From the NCBI GenBank assembly GCA_048939995.1, contig JBHLOY010000010.1:32001-96000 (forward strand): 64,000 nucleotides of DNA, given 5' to 3'. Position 1 is the first letter of the stretch. Each line of letters begins with the position of its first letter. Under the pieces are notes generated by a model that saw only the letters and a list, made by a program, of their open reading frames with translations, had not been told where the DNA came from and did not search any database. Both the position numbers and the translations under genes were made by a program. The stretch comes from Promethearchaeota archaeon. GTDB lineage: Archaea; Asgardarchaeota; Lokiarchaeia; Sigyniarchaeales; SOKP01. Below, in pieces: positions 59,485 to 64,000 of this stretch.

Positions 59485-60198
59485 TCAATGATGAGCTCCT
59501 TTCTTTAATTTCCTGACTTCATAATAAGTAAAAGTTACAACTCCGATAAGAGTAAACCATATGAAGTAACCTCCAAAAGGAATAATAACGATAATATCAT
59601 TTTTTACTAATTCCCATTTAAATATAGTAGTTCCATTTGTTTTTTTTTCTATAGAAGTCGAGATGCCTTCAGAATTGTACACCACCTCAATAGTGGTTGC
59701 ATTAAAATAATCTAACAATAAAGTATTAGAGCTAATTTCAGTTGCGTTTAAAAAAGTTTTCTCAATAATAGCATTACTAACTAAGGTAAGATTGATTGGA
59801 ATTGGAATTACTAATGGATATCCCTCAAAAAACACAACTTTTGACCAGTTCAGGTAATTTAATGAGAAATTATAAGAAAGGTAAAAAGCATTATCATCTT
59901 CTAAACTCTTTTTAATCCATGCAAAATTATGGTAAAATTCTAGAGTATAATTTACTATCAAATATCTGTTTAAATTAATACTTGCATTAAATACGTCTGT
60001 TGCAGTAAATCTTATGAACTCGATTTCTTCATAGTAAGGTTCAGTTGCATTAACAGTCTTCCATCTTATGGATTCATCTTTTTCCAATGGAAATGATGAA
60101 TCTCCTAACGTGATATCACCAATAGTAGGTGTTAAAAAACTGCATAATGTTATTAGGCAAATAAGCAATGGTAAAAGTATTTTCTTACCAGTATTCAT
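59485..60198 (-). CDS. Secreted protein with C-terminal membrane anchor
   Basis: Signal peptide; IPFG + TM + basic tail. Confidence 0.75.
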   Translation of the reverse strand: MNTGKKILLPLLICLITLCSFLTPTIGDITLGDSSFPLEKDESIRWKTVNATEPYYEEIEFIRFTATDVFNASINLNRYLIVNYTLEFYHNFAWIKKSLEDDNAFYLSYNFSLNYLNWSKVVFFEGYPLVIPIPINLTLVSNAIIEKTFLNATEISSNTLLLDYFNATTIEVVYNSEGISTSIEKKTNGTTIFKWELVKNDIIVIIPFGGYFIWFTLIGVVTFTYYEVRKLKKGAHH

Positions 60199-60384
60199 AA
60201 TTTATTATCGAAAGTTAGTTGTCTACTATACAATAAAATCTTTAGATATTTAAGTTTTTGAATTTAAGTTTTCTTATGTTGCCTAACAATAACTTGGATA
60301 GACTTTATATATTTTATAATTTTCAAAAAAAGTAATTGGAAACAATAAAAGATGGAGAGAATACAAAATAAAAAAAGATTAACT

Positions 60385-61074
60385 TTATTCTTTATTTTTC
60401 TTATCTTTAAAGAAGTTTAAGGCCTTACTTTCTAAACGTTTCGAGTATTCTTCCCAATGATCATTTTCGCCCAATTTTTTCTTTGTAATTATAAACAAGC
60501 AAGTTTCAGCTCCTGCAGGAATAGTACTTTTAAACTGAATTTGGTATTCATTTCTCAGTTTTCCAGAATCTTTAAATGCTGCTATTATACCTTGTACTAA
60601 ATATCTTTGCACTCGACAATCGAATGCACTATATATGTCTTGGAGTGGACACCAAAGTATATCAAATGAACATTGATTTTCATTATCTATCCGTGGATTC
60701 TCAAGAGAAGTCCATGCTTGGGTATTAATTATTGTAGTTAAAAAACTCATTAATTCAATATCAGTAATATCGTCTGGAATAATACTATTTGAAATTATTT
60801 GATTCCCCATTTCATATCCAGTTTTAATTAAAGCATCTATTACGATTTTTTGTCCCTCTTTCCCTAAATTTTTTTCAACTTCCTTTAAAATGTTAATAAT
60901 TCCCCTTGACATGAATAATCCAAATTGTAATAAAGACGTTGGATCAAAATCATTTCTCTCTAAGATTTCTTTTCTAAAACGATCTAGAGCTTCTTTATAT
61001 GGCTCCCCAAATTTGGTTCTCTCCCATATGGGTTCTTTTCGATTTGCTCCTTTTAAAATTCCTTTGGCTTTCAT
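60385..61074 (-). CDS. V4R/ATC-hydrolase-like fold protein
   Basis: WCPL...DC...IPAGAETCLF Cys pattern. Confidence 0.55.
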   Translation of the reverse strand: MKAKGILKGANRKEPIWERTKFGEPYKEALDRFRKEILERNDFDPTSLLQFGLFMSRGIINILKEVEKNLGKEGQKIVIDALIKTGYEMGNQIISNSIIPDDITDIELMSFLTTIINTQAWTSLENPRIDNENQCSFDILWCPLQDIYSAFDCRVQRYLVQGIIAAFKDSGKLRNEYQIQFKSTIPAGAETCLFIITKKKLGENDHWEEYSKRLESKALNFFKDKKNKE

Positions 61075-61196
61075 TTTTAATTGTTTTTGAAAGATTTATT
61101 TGTATTTATTATATATAACATAAAATTTAACAAATTTAGATTATTAAAAAATATATTAGGAATCATAAAATTTGATTTCCAAAAAAGTTGATGTTA

Positions 61197-61943
61197 ATGC
61201 ATGTTTTGGTACTTTTAAGGCATGGAGAAAGTATTTGGAATAAAGAAAATCGTTTCACAGGCTGGACAGATGTTGATTTAAGTGAAAAAGGAATCGAGGA
61301 AGCAAAAAAAGCAGGACAATTGTTAAAAAGTGAGGGTTACACGTTTGATATTGCTTTTACTTCTGTATTAAAAAGGGGAATTAGAACTCTATGGATAGTA
61401 TTAGATGAATTGGATTTAATGTATATCACAGTTGAAAGAAATTGGAGGTTAAACGAAAGACATTATGGAGCTTTACAAGGCTATAATAAATCAGAAATGG
61501 CAAAAAGTGTAGGGGAAGAGCAAGTGTTAATTTGGCGAAGGAGTTACGATATAAGGCCCCCTGCTTTAAAGACTACAGATCCACGATATCCTGGTAATGA
61601 TCTGCGATACAAAGATTTAAATCCAAAAGATATTCCTTTAACTGAATGTTTGAAAGATACAGTTGAGCGATTTTTACCTTATTGGCATGAAGTAATCGCT
61701 CCAACGGTTAAATCTGATAAAAAGGTGCTTATTTCAGCTCATGGTAATAGTTTAAGAGCTCTTGTTAAATACTTAGATAATTTATCTGAAGAAGAAATAG
61801 TAAAATTAGATATACCTACAGGAATCCCTCTCATTTATGAACTTGATAATAATTTAAAACCTTTAAAGCACTATTATCTCGGAGATCCAGAAGAAATCGA
61901 AAAAGCAATACAAGTAGTTGCTGATCAAGGTAAAGTCAAGTGA
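61197..61943 (+). CDS. gpmA: 2,3-bisphosphoglycerate-dependent phosphoglycerate mutase
   Basis: [35 protein letters not shown]. Confidence 0.97.
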   Translation: MHVLVLLRHGESIWNKENRFTGWTDVDLSEKGIEEAKKAGQLLKSEGYTFDIAFTSVLKRGIRTLWIVLDELDLMYITVERNWRLNERHYGALQGYNKSEMAKSVGEEQVLIWRRSYDIRPPALKTTDPRYPGNDLRYKDLNPKDIPLTECLKDTVERFLPYWHEVIAPTVKSDKKVLISAHGNSLRALVKYLDNLSEEEIVKLDIPTGIPLIYELDNNLKPLKHYYLGDPEEIEKAIQVVADQGKVK

Positions 61944-62026
61944 AAAAATACGATTGAAATACCTTTATTTTTTAAATTTTCTAATATAAATAACTTTAAT
62001 GTAAACCATTAATAATTGAATTTATC

Positions 62027-62815
62027 ATGAAAAAACACGTGGTAATAGATAACCCTGTAGTTTCCAATATCGTGTTCTACCCTCAAAAAAGTCCTATACC
62101 CTTAAATCTTGATTCAAATACAGAAATTTTGGAATTTCAAGTGGAAAAAAATGTGACTATTGGCGGATTTTTTTTCTTAAATGACATGAGTCTTCCTACC
62201 ATCCTATTATTTCACGGAAATGGGGAAATTGCGATAGATTATAGATCTCTTGCTCCTCTCTTTTTTGAATGCGGGGTTAATTTAGCTGTGGTTGATTATC
62301 GGGGGTATGGATTTTCTTCGGGAAAACCATATTATACAAGCCTAATTAATGATGCTCCAGTTATTTACGAAAATTTTATTGATTGGATAAATAAAAGGGG
62401 GTTAAATAATTCTATTTTTATTCAAGGGAGATCATTAGGAAGTGTGTGTGCTGCTGAGATTGGATCTAATAATCCTAAAAACTTAAAAGGCATTATTTTT
62501 GAAAGTGGTTTCGCCAGCCTTTATAACATTATGACTTACTTATTCAGAGTATCTAGCTCACAAGTAACACCCACATCTCTGATTAAATATTCTAATGATA
62601 CGAGAATAAAACAATTCAAAAAACCAGTTTTAATAATTCATGGAACTTCGGATTTTATAATCCCTAGCAGTGAAGGGGAGTTGATTTACGAAAGTCTACC
62701 TATTGATATTGATAAAAGTCTTGTTTTAATAGAAGGAGCTGGTCATAACGATATCTTATTGTATCATGATAAATATTTTGACCCTTTAAGTGAATTTATT
62801 GAAAAATTTAAGTAA
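62027..62815 (+). CDS. Alpha/beta hydrolase (BEM46/ABHD13-like)
   Basis: FHGNGE, DYRGYG, GRSLG, HGTSD, GHND. Confidence 0.92.
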   Translation: MKKHVVIDNPVVSNIVFYPQKSPIPLNLDSNTEILEFQVEKNVTIGGFFFLNDMSLPTILLFHGNGEIAIDYRSLAPLFFECGVNLAVVDYRGYGFSSGKPYYTSLINDAPVIYENFIDWINKRGLNNSIFIQGRSLGSVCAAEIGSNNPKNLKGIIFESGFASLYNIMTYLFRVSSSQVTPTSLIKYSNDTRIKQFKKPVLIIHGTSDFIIPSSEGELIYESLPIDIDKSLVLIEGAGHNDILLYHDKYFDPLSEFIEKFK

Positions 62816-62912
62816 GCTTTAATTTTCAAATCAAGTATTGGACTAAAGATCATTTTAGTATAATTTAATCTTCATTCTCATATCTATAATATAATAAAAA
62901 AAAGTTCTTAAT

Positions 62913-63197
62913 ATGATGAATTTTTGTCCCTATTGCGGTTCTCAACTAAATAAAGAAAGAAAAGGTAAGCTTAATTTTTGCCCGTATTGTGGAGAACAAT
63001 TAACCCCTCATCTTAAAGAATTTAAATGCACAATCTGCCACCAAAAAATAAAACATAATCAAACATCTATAAATTGCGCATATTGTGAAAGTCCATATCA
63101 TTATAATTGCGTGGTTAACTGGTTATCAACCTATAATTCTTGTCCCACGTGTCAAAACACCTTTCTTAATCCTTACTTAAAGATTCATAAAAATTAA
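62913..63197 (+). CDS. Zinc-ribbon + RING-finger protein (candidate E3 ligase)
   Basis: CPYCG x2; CTIC...CAYC...HYNC...W......CPTC. Confidence 0.8.
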   Translation: MMNFCPYCGSQLNKERKGKLNFCPYCGEQLTPHLKEFKCTICHQKIKHNQTSINCAYCESPYHYNCVVNWLSTYNSCPTCQNTFLNPYLKIHKN

Positions 63198-63220
63198 TTA
63201 ACATTTAAATACCATTTATA

Positions 63221-63442
63221 CTATCGGTTTTTCGGTTCCCTTTTATCTTTATCGTAGGCCATCGTGATTATGAGGATTAACATACCCAATGCAATCCGAG
63301 CTATTAGTGAGTCATAGGGAAGCACTCCAACGAATAATAAGCTTTTTAAATAAAAATTTTTATTTTCAATGACAAAACCCAGAGGAGTATAATCCTTTAA
63401 TCCAAATTGACTCCAAGATGAGAATAATATCGTTATAGTCAT
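63221..63442 (-). CDS. Small membrane protein or gene fragment
   Basis: 73-aa hydrophobic ORF. Confidence 0.35.
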   Translation of the reverse strand: MTITILFSSWSQFGLKDYTPLGFVIENKNFYLKSLLFVGVLPYDSLIARIALGMLILIITMAYDKDKREPKNR

Positions 63443-63520
63443 TTAACATAAAAATATATGTGACGGTTAATTATTTAGTAGAAATAGCTGTTTTTTAATA
63501 AAAAAATTAAAAAAAAAAAG

Positions 63521-64000
63521 TTATTTCTTCTTTAACATATAAATACCATTTTCAAAAAACCAAAATAGATTAGCAAAGAGAAATAACCATTCTGTAAAAC
63601 TCTCAGCCTCGGGAGTCAGACCATGTATTATTCGATTTAGAATTAAAAGCACTAAATAAAGAAGAAAGAAAATTACGACTAAAGTATTGAATATTGCCTG
63701 AGATCTGGGAAATTCAGATGACTTTAATTCTAAATAAGTGTAGAGAAAGAGATAAAGAATCCCTGTAACAAAGAAAAGTAATTCAAACATTAAATGTGCT
63801 AGATAAATAGTATCTGAATTAAAAATTGCCATCCCCATGATTCCAATTGCTGAAAGTATTCCCAGAATGCATGTTATCAATGAACCTTTAGAGCTAATAT
63901 TCTTTTTCTGTAAGTATCTTGTAAAGCCGAGAAAGAACAATATAATAAAAATTGCAGTAACAAACCAGCAAATATTGAATAATATATGTAATGGATTTGA
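63521..64000 (-). CDS. Multi-pass membrane protein (DUF998/Frag1-like), 5' end outside window
   Basis: Frame is open to the window edge (SNPLHILFN...); H-containing TM segment and EW motif. Confidence 0.7.
   Translation of the reverse strand, partial: SNPLHILFNICWFVTAIFIILFFLGFTRYLQKKNISSKGSLITCILGILSAIGIMGMAIFNSDTIYLAHLMFELLFFVTGILYLFLYTYLELKSSEFPRSQAIFNTLVVIFFLLYLVLLILNRIIHGLTPEAESFTEWLFLFANLFWFFENGIYMLKKK

Noticed and set aside
2071-61090. Short antisense or nested ORFs in the track (e.g. 2071..2316, 4371..4688, 13375..13659, 34651..35028, 58958..59278)
   Set aside because: They overlap well-supported genes on the opposite strand or in another frame and have no motifs; treated as shadow ORFs.
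1-64000. CRISPR arrays, tRNA/rRNA genes, transposases, integrases
   Set aside because: None recognised by eye: no regularly spaced repeats and no GC-rich structured RNA-like segments. A covariance-model search was not possible.

Overview
AT-rich archaeal chromosomal segment, most likely from an Asgard archaeon of the Lokiarchaeia type. The assignment is inferred from gene content: three roadblock/LC7 proteins, a longin-like protein, tandem Rab-like GTPases, a Rag/Arf-like GTPase, RING proteins and a Loki-type LRR protein. The window also carries a divergent fwdG-B-D-A cluster, a dispersed NifX/COG1149/Mrp/IscU metallocluster module sharing a 14-bp palindrome, fatty-acid/CoA enzymes, a glycyl radical enzyme and several gene remnants. 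I recognised no rRNA, tRNA, CRISPR array or intact mobile element. Main finding: the methionyl-tRNA synthetase gene is interrupted just before its HIGH motif by a 32-nt insert (50172-50203) that folds into a canonical bulge-helix-bulge (BHB). Cutting at the standard BHB positions restores the frame to TSAWPYVNAIPHLGN. This points to a tRNA-type intron in an Asgard mRNA, and the convergent neighbour 2 bp away encodes a divergent RtcB-family RNA ligase. Directly upstream is a VWA + double RING-like protein resembling TFIIH p44/Ssl1.
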